A stretch of 55,466 nt of DNA, counting the filler, from Basidiobolus ranarum (lineage: Eukaryota), in the NCBI GenBank assembly GCA_040143965.1. It is 5 parts of 5 records of this genome, joined end to end, with 100 filler letters (N's around TTAATTAATTAA, not from the genome) between each part and the next. Parts side by side here need not be neighbours in the genome. Positions count along the whole stretch, not along the records: positions 22,257 to 33,270 come from JASJQH010007522.1; positions 33,371 to 44,371 come from JASJQH010007523.1; 3 more parts are not named here. One strand, 5' to 3'. Positions 23,301-36,601 of the stretch are shown piece after piece. The translations under genes and the position numbers were made by a program. How positions within the stretch are numbered: the stretch's first letter is position 1; each line of letters opens with the position of its first letter. The notes beneath the pieces are model-generated. The model was not told where the DNA came from and did not search any database. It saw nothing but the letters and a program-made list of their open reading frames with translations.

Positions 23301-26300
23301 GCAGATGTATAAGATATTACACCTAGACAAATAAACACCCATATACTTGCTATTTGATAGATGAAGGCAGGCAATTTGTATATCTTAGACTAGATTTGTT
23401 CTTAGTTGAAATAGTCCAAGCATGACCTAATAAATACTTCATGATATGGTCAGAAAATTGCTTCTTGATTATTATACACAGAGTGTGTAAGCTAAAGGAC
23501 AAAGAAAGCTTATTAAGCCTTGTGGCTCTGTGTGTGCCACATCAAAAACTTTCTCTTGCTAGTTTACACATCAAAAACTAGTCCCCTTATACCTTTACCA
23601 CAGCAAATTCAGGCTGGTGTATTTGCTCCGTTTCCTATATTGGAGCATCGTGATTCCCTAGATTCATTCCAGTCAAGATAATTCCTGCTATAATTGCTAC
23701 TACTTGTCTAATTTGTACTACAATCTTATTTGCCTCTTTCTTTACTGCAATAAATTTTAAATTTTCACTTGAAACTCAGCTATCAAATATAATACCCACT
23801 GATATTTAGACAAAAAAGTTTCGATTCCATCCTGTATGAAATTATTGATGGATAGGAAGTAAATAAGGTTGTTCTGATTTCGAGGATAGTTTAAGATGTT
23901 AATATGAATAAAATTGAACAAACCGCGAATGTATTCCTTTTAAAAATATCCGTTACTGTTGACGAACCACGCGCCTGCTACTCCAGAGTCTCCTTCCTAG
24001 CAGGTTCTGTAAAGAGGTATTCTCAGTTTAGTCAACGGTATTCTCTGGTTCTATTCACCAACGTTACCGCAGATATTGATGTAGTCATTGGAGGCTTAGA
24101 GATATGTGATTATAATACTATCCCAAGAAATCTTCCGTGAGTGGGAAGTGAATGCGCAAAGAAGAAACAAGCACTTTGTGGCTGGAGGCAGCTGACACTG
24201 TACGTGATTCTATGACTCTTCAATCCATGTAACATCCAATTAGAAGTAACATTTTCAGTAGAATTGGATCAGATAGTCCAGAGTTACTCATGCGTCGGAG
24301 GCTCCATGAGGCATATAGAGCGACTTGCGAGCCTCGTTCCATCACCATGTCATTGAAGCTTCACGATTAAACTATCATTAAAGATCAGATTCCACAGAGA
24401 GTCAGCTGAACATACTCCATCCGAATCAAAGTCTATTGGCTACCATATATGGGCTATATACCTATGGTAGCGCAATGCATTGCAGCACATCCTAATAGCT
24501 TCACCAGAAGCGGCAATGTAGCATCTATATGGCGCTCATGCATCCAGTGGTATATGAATAGCTCAGAGATATATAGTTGGTGACCGCCCCAGAGTAATAT
24601 TGGCAGATATGGTTGGGAATTGGCAGAGTGTGTATGACCATTATTCCAATTTCAGGACATTTAATCGTATACGAGTCCGAACTTGTTCCATTCTTCGTTA
24701 CTAATTGGTACCATGTGGGATCCTGTAGCCATCCGTATTTAATATACTTGAAATAGCTCGCCAAATGAGCCAATAATTCAATATCCTGTACCTGGCCGAC
24801 ATTTCCAAATCAGTATCGGATACAAGAGCTGGCTCCTGCCCCTGCCTCTGTATATTTTTATTGCCTTGGTATATGTATCTCAGCAGACTGGAAATGTAAT
24901 GTTGAACGGCTGATTACGAAGCAATACCACTCATTCAGGTATGCCTGTGACCTTGAAGGCCCATTTCTTGGCGTCCATTATGTGAGATATCTCGGTGGAG
25001 ATATACTGAAAGCCCTATTTTGAAGAGCAGTACTCCTTGACCATCCATTGTGTACTAAACGTCACTGTTTAGCCTCTTCTCTAGACTGGTGTTGGCGGGC
25101 TTTCAAAGACACTTCTCGGATCATCAGCATTGTAGCTGTGGATATGTAGTATTCTAGCTAGGGAATAGTTGCATCTATTATTGGAAGGAGAGGTAATCCA
25201 GATATAGATACATTTCACGCCTGATATGGTATATTATCACAGTAGCGACTCCTTGTCCTTGATGGAACCCAAATTAATAAAAAGTGATGAATTCCAAAAT
25301 ATATGCATCCATATTTGATACTGAGCGTCAATACGTCCCTATTTGAACCCAGTTACTCCCGAAATACCTGTGCTGAGCAGTCTCAAACCTGTAGAGATGT
25401 AACGACTGAATCTGAACGGTTAGCTTAGCTTACAAATCTAAGCTACTGGAATCGCTAGACAAGCTCCGCCGCTGCATATTTCACAGAGTCGGTGTCTCGT
25501 TACAAACTATACTGAGAGTAGCTAGAAGTGTCTATACCATAGAGAGGGTATTCCATGCTAACTCTGAATTGCTCGATACCTGTATTGCGAAAGTGGCTTT
25601 GGTGATGTTCATCTCACCCTAGACCAAGTTCAGATTTCTTCAAGGAAGTTCTTGTCCGCAGTAGAGTCTGGCATGGCTGTTCCTGAATATAAGAGATTCA
25701 AAATCGTAATAGCACTCTAATGATTACTAACACAAGAGCGCAGTAATTGGCTCATTGGGCAATAATGTATGTTGGTTCTCATAATAGTGATATTCGAGAT
25801 TTGACTGTTAAACTGTCGCAGCAATACAGTAACACATAATATTCACTCGAGATAAGCTTATAATCAATGGTAGAAACTACATGGTAGTTCCCTCGAGTTG
25901 ACGTGGTTCACATGAATTGTACACTCGATTGAGCAATCGGTCATCGTGCATTTGACACGGAACATACAATACAAGGTTAAATCGGATAATGAGTCTGTTA
26001 CGGATAGCACTCAAACAATACCCATTTGCATATGCACCTATACACCTATACACTAAATCGTTCGTACGTCGTTGGTGAGTCGTGTACTATTTGGTCCACA
26101 TTGATAAGAATACTCTTGACAATACTGTGCACTTTGGAAATATCCCAGAAACATGTTTGAATCCGGTATTTTACGTTATACAGTGTTGCTAAAACCAGTC
26201 AAGATAAAAATATACACTAGGTTTCCATATGTAGCATGTGCAACATTATGCGCCCAGTCTCCTTGAAGCTCTCGTTGCCTCCTAGTGTAGTATTTTTCCT

Positions 26301-26514
26301 GTACTAAATCTGGGGGTAGGGGGATTTAAAAGGTAAGCCTTGCTCAGATCCTGATGAAAATCGCTCTCTAAGATTTCTTTTAGAGTTTACCTACACATCC
26401 TATATATTTGTCAAGTAACAAGAATCCCCATATTTGTTACTTTGTTATCTTTATTCTATCATTATCTTGCCGTTTTTGCGAAATAATATTCTTCTGTTGG
26501 GTCTGCCTACATAA

Positions 26515-27789
<1,275 letters not shown>

Positions 27790-29847
27790 ACCTTTTCATC
27801 ATCTTCAATCCACTTTAATTCTTCTCTAATTCACATAAGCTCATGGCGTTTCCTCGCTATTTGTTAACACTTTTAGCTACCCTTGGATAGTTTTCACCAT
27901 GGATTCACTTTTGTATTGTATATGTACTATTTATAATATCTTGAGCTCGCTTTAATATTGATCAGCTAATTGGGCTTGCATTCATTCTTCACTTTCTTTA
28001 ATTTTTACTGTTGTTCGCTTTCATTCTCTTATTTTTTTTAAGGTGTCATGTAGCATGCCTCTTCGTTTTCAATTGATATCTAGTTTGACTTTTCCTTTTA
28101 CGTTTGTTAATTCGATAATACCCGTTTTATCCCATGCCAGTCGGTATCAAAATCATAGTAGCGCAAGGATACTTTTCTTCATACTTATTCTATCTTACAT
28201 GGCCCATCTTACAAAAGCTCACCGTTGACTTCCATTTTCACTTGCTCACTCTCACGCAGGCTAGAACTTCAGTAGACATAATGAACTCCTGTAACTTGAA
28301 GGCCATCTCTGATGTCAGAGCATCACCATTTTCATACGAATCTAGTAGGGGAATACATGTTGTAGTGCACAAGAAGAGATCAAAATAAAATCCAATTCTA
28401 CAACTACGGAAGCCAAGGAAATGGTAATTGATATTGAGAGTACTGTTCATCACCCCAGTTCACTCAGTATTAATATGTGTAACATTGTATTAATGTAATA
28501 TATGTGGAGCATGATTCTCCAAAACACCCTGATTTCTATATTAGTAGATGATTTTGAATTTCCACCAATACTCCTAAAATCACGTACTTCAACACGAGTT
28601 TGCTTTCACAGGGTTTGTAATGTGTAAAAGGTTAATTAGGAACTGAATTTAGAATCTAGCAAATCCCAATCATCTCAGTAACTTAATAGTAGAATGCTGT
28701 GCATTAATCAGACCGATGACCTCTTTAAATGTGGGGGGTTAGCTTTCTTTACAGCAAATTACCAACATACATATGACTACTCACAATGGTAAGAGGAGGC
28801 TAACATCAATATAATTCGAACCGGGATAGTACTTGATTGAAGTTCCAGCAGAGCATGTTGAGTCCAATCTATGTTGTTATGACAGTCTCTTTTGGAGCGA
28901 ACCCACCAATTCTGATTGTTGGGACTGTTGGCTCAAAGCATGAGCAGAGTGTAGTATACCTAATTAATCAGCATGACTCTAGCACGAATGGATTTCCAGC
29001 AATATTAGTATCAGGGGACAATCGACATAATCCGCTGCGTCATACACAAAGCAGTTTCAACTTATCGAAGTTCGTGAAGTGTGGAGCAGCTGATTGCAAT
29101 TAATATGATATAGATTTTATCTAAAGCCATGTGGTATTGATATTTATTAAATATACACTGGAGTAGGATTACAAATTGCAACATATATTACAGCATATCC
29201 CAACACCTATTTTCGAATTCGTAGATAATTTTTCAACCATTCGTTAATTTCTTCAATGGCGCCATTTCCTGAATAAATGAGCATCTGTCACTGGTGAATG
29301 ATGTGATATGGCTGTGCTGGTAATCGAAACATTGACCACCTTTTTACGCTTCATTACAGTCAAGTAAACATCGGTTTGTCAGCTACGGATATTGAAAAAA
29401 TATCCTGAATTCCGACTAATCTATCGTAATTCAAAAAGCCTATTCAGCCGCACTGATCCGTTATTCAGATCAAGCGCTTCGGAATTAGGTTTATACTTCA
29501 TTTCCTAATATGGTAGGGTAGACGATGAACAGATGAGAATTGACTAAGATTTCATCAGATGGTGCAATTCTCTTGTTTGCTGAGGTTTATTCAATCTTGA
29601 ATAGTCTTGGAATTTCTTGTCTCTCATTGGGCCATCTACAGCCATCTCTTGGACTGTTTACTCTTAATCTAGGTGTAGCCTGTGGGCCATGGTGCAATAT
29701 AAATACTCACTGGAGTAACCTGCTGATTTCTCCAGATATTTCTTTATTCGATTCTTTTTGCATAGCTTTACCACTTCAATAGTTGTGTCATCGTGAAGAG
29801 TCTTTTTTTGTTTCTCAACTATCATTCACATCTTTACATCGTTCAAA

Positions 29848-31407
29848 ATGGATTCCACAGGAATACAAAATATACCCACACCTCGTGGAGGTGCTTCCCT
29901 CATAGTAGCCTGGAGATGCCAAAAGCGCCAGATATTAGTGATTGGAAACGGTTCAGTCGCGGCCAGTCGAGTCTACTCTTCTCTAGATGCTGATGCAGAA
30001 GTTACTTTGATCTCACCAAAGGTAGGGATGAATCATGAATTATCAGTCCGTATCGAACGGTCAGAGATTACTTGGTTCGATCGAGAGTTTGAAGAGTCCG
30101 ACTTGGTAGGCAAGGACATGGTGTTGGTAACCTTGGAGGACCGAGTTAAATGTGAACAAATCGCCAGTTTATCTAAGGAACATAAAATCCCCATCAATGT
30201 TGCTGATATGAATGATCTTTGTGATTTCTGGTTTATGTCTACTTATCGGGATCAATCTTTACAATTGGCGGTTTCTACTAATGCTCAAGCACCCAAACTA
30301 GCTAATCGTCTTCGTAGGCATTTGGTTAGCTCGTTGCCGGATGGTATAGCTGATGCCGTTCAGAAGGTGGGTATACTACGCCAAAAAATTCGGGATTCTG
30401 ATCCCTCGATCTTATCTAGATCAAGACGTATGCATTGGTTGGCACAGCTTTGTGAGTATTGGCCACTTGAGCGCCTATGTCAGCTATCCGAAGAAGAAAT
30501 CGAGAGTCTGCTTGAGAGCTACAAAGTAGATGAAGGCTACAAAAGTGGTAGCGGTGATGAGTGTGACTTATTAACCGATGTCAAGACTCTAGCCCACCTT
30601 CCTGCAAGGCCCGATAAGAAAGGTCGAATTAGATTGGTTGGCGCTGGCCCTGGTAATCCCGACTTTTTGACTCGTGCCGCTTACGAAGCCATTACCACAG
30701 CTGATGTTGTTCTGGCAGATAAATTAGTTCCAGAAGATATTATTAAACTCATTCCCAGTGAAGTGAAGATCGCCCGCAAGTTTCCTGGAAATGCTGACCA
30801 AGCGCAAACCGAGATGAATTTGGCCGGAGTGGAACTTTTAAAGAAAGGGAAGAACGTAGTTAGATTGAAGTGTGGTGATCCATTCCTTTTCGGACGTGGA
30901 GGTGAAGAGGTTTTATTCTTCCGTAAATATGGTTTCGAGGCGGAAGTTATCCCTGGTATTTCTAGTTGTATGGCTGCTCCACTTCTCGGCGGTATTCCGG
31001 TTACTCATCGTGGTGTTGCCAATCAATTCATGGTTGCCACCGGAACTGGAAAGAACTGTACACTACCAGACATTCCGCCTTATTCATCCATTCGTACAAC
31101 TGTCTTCCTAATGGCTATTCACCGTTTACCTTTAATCATCGAAGACTTGATCACACACGGTTACCCAGCTGATTGTCCGGTTGCTATTGTTGAGCGAGCA
31201 AGCTGTCCAGATCAAAGGGTTCTTCGTGGCACTATCAACACTATTTGTGAAATTGTGAAGCGCGTAGGCACTACACCCCCCGGTACTTTAATTGTTGGCC
31301 AAGCAGTTAACGCTCTAGTTAATAACGTTGATGAGATTGTTACAGAAACCAAATCTAGCTACCCACTTCTTGGACTACATGAGCCCGAGTCTATTGGATG
31401 TAATTAA
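29848..31407 (+). CDS. MET1: Uroporphyrinogen-III C-methyltransferase / siroheme synthase (Met8/CysG-B-like N-terminus plus SUMT C-terminus)
   Basis: ILVIGNGSVA NAD-binding motif, INVAD..LCDF, LAVSTN; LVGAGPGNPDFLT, VVRLKCGDPFLFGRGGEE, IPGISS, GIPVTHRGVA. Confidence 0.93.
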   Translation: MDSTGIQNIPTPRGGASLIVAWRCQKRQILVIGNGSVAASRVYSSLDADAEVTLISPKVGMNHELSVRIERSEITWFDREFEESDLVGKDMVLVTLEDRVKCEQIASLSKEHKIPINVADMNDLCDFWFMSTYRDQSLQLAVSTNAQAPKLANRLRRHLVSSLPDGIADAVQKVGILRQKIRDSDPSILSRSRRMHWLAQLCEYWPLERLCQLSEEEIESLLESYKVDEGYKSGSGDECDLLTDVKTLAHLPARPDKKGRIRLVGAGPGNPDFLTRAAYEAITTADVVLADKLVPEDIIKLIPSEVKIARKFPGNADQAQTEMNLAGVELLKKGKNVVRLKCGDPFLFGRGGEEVLFFRKYGFEAEVIPGISSCMAAPLLGGIPVTHRGVANQFMVATGTGKNCTLPDIPPYSSIRTTVFLMAIHRLPLIIEDLITHGYPADCPVAIVERASCPDQRVLRGTINTICEIVKRVGTTPPGTLIVGQAVNALVNNVDEIVTETKSSYPLLGLHEPESIGCN

Positions 31408-32446
31408 TTCACCTCTTCCCCCTGATTTCACCTGAAATTTAGATTCCGTTTTCATTGTATATTAATTCCCTTTTCTCACTTGGCATTATTATTCTTTAAG
31501 ACTACAGAGACACTTTTTATTAATTAGCATTACCGAACAATCTATACGAACAATTTTCACTTCACTTCATTTCAATTCAATTCAATGTTTGTTGATAAAT
31601 AATGAAACATTCATATTAAATTATTTTTACTATTCACTATTATGAAATTGATGCCCTTTGTATGGTTGATTGTTAAGTAGCTTTGGAAGCAAGCAGGTAG
31701 TTATTGGACATAATAATAGACTACAAATGATTTAGGGACTTGAGATACGATTTATCGGGGATTTTTTAAACCATAAAATGAGCTGATCATTCTTTTTCTT
31801 TACTGCTCAACGTAGAAGAATTGACAATAGATATTCTAATCAGGTATTATTCTGAATTTTAACCGGATCAATTTTCAAGGAAATATTAGAGAATTCTTTT
31901 AATTTATGGATAAACAAGGTTTTGAGGGTAAAACTTGTAATATATTTCAATATTTAATAAAAGCCAGAGAGATTGAAAGGGTAATTGAATGAATTTCTCT
32001 ACGTTAACAGTTGTCCACTCTTCTGTCCTATGAGGAGTTAAATCTCTCCAGTTATCATATGTAAAAATTTAGTATTTGATTTTCTATGTGGAATAGAAAG
32101 TAGAGGATAAAGGAATATGTAAGAGTAGGGCAATGCGTGTTTAAACAAAGAAAGTGACGAAGTACAAATGGAAGGTATGTTCAAGAAATAAACAAAAATA
32201 TCGAATGAGAAGGGAGTAGAGCAAGTTTCAGTCAAGTTAATGATTTCAGCAAATGATACCTAACAATATTGAAAGAAAAGAGAATAAAGCAATTCACACA
32301 ACTCAGGAAACTAGTTACAAAATACTAATAATATATATGCCGCTTAAATGGGTGGAGATATTGTACAGAGCTTAAATGGGCATCGTCGACTACCACAAAC
32401 TGTTTGTTGATACGAAGAAGGGAGCCTAAAATATCCCTAGTAATGT

Positions 32447-33270
32447 TCACATTACAGTTGAGATATTTTCCATGGTGCTCTCTTCTCCCGAAGATTTAGC
32501 CTTTGACTTGGTTTCAACACCCGTACCTCTACATATAGGGCAATTGTTCGCTCCTTCGACCAACCATTTATCTATACAATTCTGATGATAGGCATGGTGG
32601 CAATTTAAAATTCTTAATCTGTCTTGGTCTTCATATTCACATAAGCATACTTGACAACTCTCCGGATTCAAAATTTGGAACCCTTGTACACCAGATATGC
32701 TAGAATCATAAGTACCGAGTGGCAAGTTAGCCTCGATCTCAGATTGGGTGGTGGTGGGTGGACGAGCAGGGCCGATAAATGAAGAGAGGAGAAGTAAGTC
32801 TTCATATGTAGGGTTATCTGACAGAGCAGTTGTCAGTAGTGGGTGGTTTGAGGGATAAGTGCCACCTATGACGTAGATGATGTAACTTCGTGATTGAGTA
32901 GGGCTTGGATTGGGTTGATTCTCGCCCTCTCCTTCATGCTCAGTACTTGAATGATCCAAGTGGTGATCTGGTTCGTTGGTTGATTCAGGTGACTCATCTT
33001 CACTGCTTTCTGTGTTTGCCATAGGGAAATTAGAGCCAAAGAGATTCTGTGCGGTCTCTGAAGGTGTATGCTCCGGACTGATCTCAGTTCGAGAGTTGGC
33101 CGCATTAACACCACGAATTCCTACTATTATTACTGGTACCATTTGGGCATTTCCTCCTGAATCCATATTTATCTGAGGTACATGGTTCTCACTAGAGTTG
33201 AGTCTTTCCCCATCCATTTGGGTCTGGCCGTTGTTTCCCAGGCGAAAAAGACGATAGAAGGACGGGGATG
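32447..33270 (-). CDS. RING-H2 E3 ubiquitin ligase, 5' truncated
   Basis: CQVCLCEYEDQDRLRILNCHHAYHQNCIDKWLVEGANNCPICR; fungal family motifs FYRLFR, MVPVIIVGIR, YIIYVIGGTYP, TYEDLLLLS. The frame stays open to the contig end. Confidence 0.9.
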
Positions 33271-33370
33271 NNNNNNNNNNNNNNNNNNNNNNNNNNNNNN
33301 NNNNNNNNNNNNNNTTAATTAATTAANNNNNNNNNNNNNNNNNNNNNNNNNNNNNNNNNNNNNNNNNNNN
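33271..33370. other. Artificial contig linker
   Basis: N44-TTAATTAATTAA-N44. Confidence 0.99.
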
Positions 33371-34259
33371 CTAAGCAGTCTTCTGTCTCCAGGAATGGTG
33401 GAGTGGTAGAGCACAATACACGGATGCTTTCGGGGGTGAAAGCACCACCGCTTTTTTTGTTTTAATAATTGGCCAACATGCCAGCGTTGCGCATAAAAAG
33501 ACGAATAAAAAGGTATCGCGTGGCAACTATATAAAAGTGAATTATGATTAGCCCATACTGTTCACCATGATTCCGATATGCATAGATTGATCTTTGGTTA
33601 CCATCCATGTTACGATAGTTGTCAACTATATGGATTTCTTCTGAAGTGAATAAACATCGTTCGTTCCCCATCACTACATTTAAAATATTATCAAAAGATT
33701 CTGCATAGTATTCCTTTCTTCCACTATCGCTAATCTTGAATTCCTCTAGGTTGTCCTGACCTGAAGCTGTAGCACTTATATCTATGTGGATATTGGAGTT
33801 GTATATAGAGGTAGGAGTCGGTTGACTTTCCGAGTTCACCGTGGACTGACTGTCTTCCGTTGCAGTAACAAAAGAATTAGGTGTTTCAACTAAGCTAACT
33901 GAATCAGTCAAACTAACTTCAGTGTCTTGTGTATCTATATAGACTTCACTCAACCCGTTACTCTCCTCATGAATTTCCACTTTCTGGTCGAATTCAACCA
34001 TACAAATGTCGGGAGAGTCGTGACCATTGGAAGTAGGGCTTGATGTCTCCTTAGATTTGGAAAGTTTCCCAGTCAGGAAGAAATCCCGAATATTATAACT
34101 TGGGGAGCTCTTATTCGGTGTAGGAGTACGCTTTAAATTGGAGGGGGAACTTCGCTGACTTTGACTTCCTCGTTTTGGAGTTGTAGTTTTGGATTTTTTC
34201 TCTTTTTCAGAGTCTACACCTTCTTTCAATATATCTGGACGAGTGGTACGTTTGGGCAT
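33371..34259 (-). CDS. FAN1: Fanconi-associated nuclease 1, N-terminal part (3' truncated); intron 33601-33527
   Basis: YYAESFDNILNVVMGNERCLFTSEE...|VATRYLFIRLFMR matches the start of the FAN1 winged helix (YY.SF...V..NE..LF..EE...LYVRLF.RK). PIP-like NIRDFF in the disordered N-terminus. Confidence 0.8.
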
Positions 34260-34575
34260 ACTCAACTTCTCTTCATAAAACCCAAAATTATTGAAAGATA
34301 ATATGCGGTTATTTGTTAGTGTGAAAAGATATGAATTAGGAAGTTAGGAAATGTCAAGTGAACTTGTTTTCATTTAGTATCTCCTTATCGCCGCAGCTAC
34401 ATATGGGTGAATTAGAATTTCGATGGATTTTAATTAGTTGAAATCCCCGTCATTAACTGAGATCTACAATACATAATTTACCTGGAGAAATCGATGGATT
34501 TAATCTTTCAAGAGAACTCATAGTAGCAGCTTAAGGACTTTTGACGTAAGAGTTAAAAGTATACCACTCGTATTC

Positions 34576-35920
34576 ATGGAGAATATCGATAGAGCCAGGA
34601 TGAGCAAAAATGTGTTACTCTATCTTCCTCTGGAGAAGTTAACCTCTATTACGGTATCGTCTTTGAACTTGATTCATTCTACAGTTCAACATAGTACCAG
34701 AAGTTTAACAATACTGGTGGATTGCCCGGATATACTTACACATGAGAAGCTTCCGATAGTTGTTTGGGAAGAAGTACAAGAACTTCTTAGTACTATTTAT
34801 GTAAAAGCTACCAAAGCTGCACAGGAGGCAAAACGACCCTTGTTGGACGTGGATGTTTTATTCAAAGATTGGTGTGGTTATAATTTCGCTCTGGACAAAG
34901 AAAGAGAATACACTTGCTGGGTTAGTTTGAGTAAACGTAAGTGACACTAATGGAGAGAGTTTATTTTTTACATTTTCAGTTTTTAACTTTCTTCTCAGAC
35001 GAACAAAGCTTAGCTTCCTTTAACTCTCAACGAGAAAACGCTGGACTAAACCCAATTCCGGTATACATTATTCCCGAAGAGAAAGTGGGTGTGGAGAAAC
35101 TGCCCGTCGGTGAAAACCTGCAAGAGAATATTGTTGGCACCACTCGTATCTCAAACACAGATAAATACTACCCTAACGTTGCAGTGGGTGGTACTTTTGA
35201 CCATTTACACGCTGGCCATAAAATACTCTTAACCATGAGTGCGTGGCTAACCGGAGTACGTCTAATATGCGGGGTGACAGGTAGGTTATGTCAAATCGCA
35301 TCAGTTAATACTAAAGACATATATCTCTCTTTCCTTTCTTGTAAAACCTGATATTCACTTCTTTCTACCCCATTAGGAGCTGAAATGTTGACAAAAAAGA
35401 AGTACGCTCATTTGGTACAACCCTTGGAGACTCGTATCAAAGAAACCCAGAGATTCTTAAATCGAATCAGACTTGGCTTGGTGTATGAGGCATGCTTCTA
35501 TTTTCTCTTAGATATCCTATTGACCTCTGTATAACTAAGGTATATATGCCTTTTTCTATGACCATAAACAACAGGTAGTTCCAATTCATGACACTTGCGG
35601 TCCCACCAGCGAAGACCCAGACATTCAAGCAATTGTTGTGTCGAAAGAAACGCTTCCTGGAGCATACGAAAGTACGTTAGTTTCATCAACATTAGATTCA
35701 TATACCATGGCAACCTTTCTAATGATTCATGGCAGTCAACAAGCAGCGTAGCAGCCGAAGCTACGAAGAATTGGACATCAAAGTCATCGAAGTGATCTCC
35801 AACTCTTCTAAAGCATTGGCTGAGGATGAGTTGAAACACTTAAAACTCAGCTCTACCCAAATTCGAGAATACCTGGAGCTACATCCGGACATTAAAGAAT
35901 CGTTGTATTCTGATCTTTAA
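34576..35920 (+). CDS. CAB4: Phosphopantetheine adenylyltransferase (CoA biosynthesis); introns 34937-34998, 35281-35376, 35490-35574 (GC-AG) and 35672-35735
   Basis: VAVGGTFDHLHAGHKILLT, LICGVTG, MLTKKKY, PIHDTCGPT, AIVVSKET, INKQR, KLSSTQIRE. Confidence 0.92.
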
Positions 35921-36601
35921 GAACCCCATAGGCCCCCCTGCAACTCTACACGGTGGAGTTCAATAAAAGCCGGATTTTAATTTGTCTACAATAAAATCCA
36001 AAGTTTACTACTACGCTTATTTACCGCCATGGTTTACATGATCTCTTCTTAATATGGTGAAGCTTTGCTTATTTATTACAACCCAGGCTGGGCATATTCA
36101 ACATGCCGCACGTGACCAAACAGTAAAGCTGAATTAGTGTTATATATCAACAAGTGTCTGTCATGGTCTCTAATTCCTATTCCAACCAACAAAGAGCTAT
36201 TCGGATGTTCAGTGCAAGCCAAAACCCCGAGCAACAGTGCAGCCACAAGCGGTTAACTTATTCAAGAGATAAAATATAATCACTAGGAATTCCCAAAGAA
36301 TGCAAATGATCATGGTCAGAATACACGATCAATGTTCTGATTTTGCGATTATTATTATTAGTGAATGTTAAATGATGTTCCCGAAAGATGTCCACTGGCC
36401 TTGGAGGGATGGAAAAGAGCGAAAGCTGCCAGCCAAGAGAATTGAACATCTTCGCTCGAAGTAGGCAAGTATGGAGAATCTGGTTGGTATATGTTTGGGT
36501 GTGTGTATATACGTATAGCAAAATAGAATAATATATAAGATTGAAAAATGAGAGAATAGATGGAGGGCTCTGTTTTGCTGATTGGGATATCCAATGGATG
36601 A

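Noticed and set aside
23900-26000. Short ORFs upstream of GALE
   Set aside because: No motifs or consistent splice structure; probably decayed repeat or intergenic DNA.
29848-31407. Intronless CysG-like fusion as a bacterial horizontal transfer
   Set aside because: The two-domain layout and motifs (SLIVAW, RRMHWLAQLCEYWPL) fit ordinary fungal Met1; lack of introns alone is not evidence.
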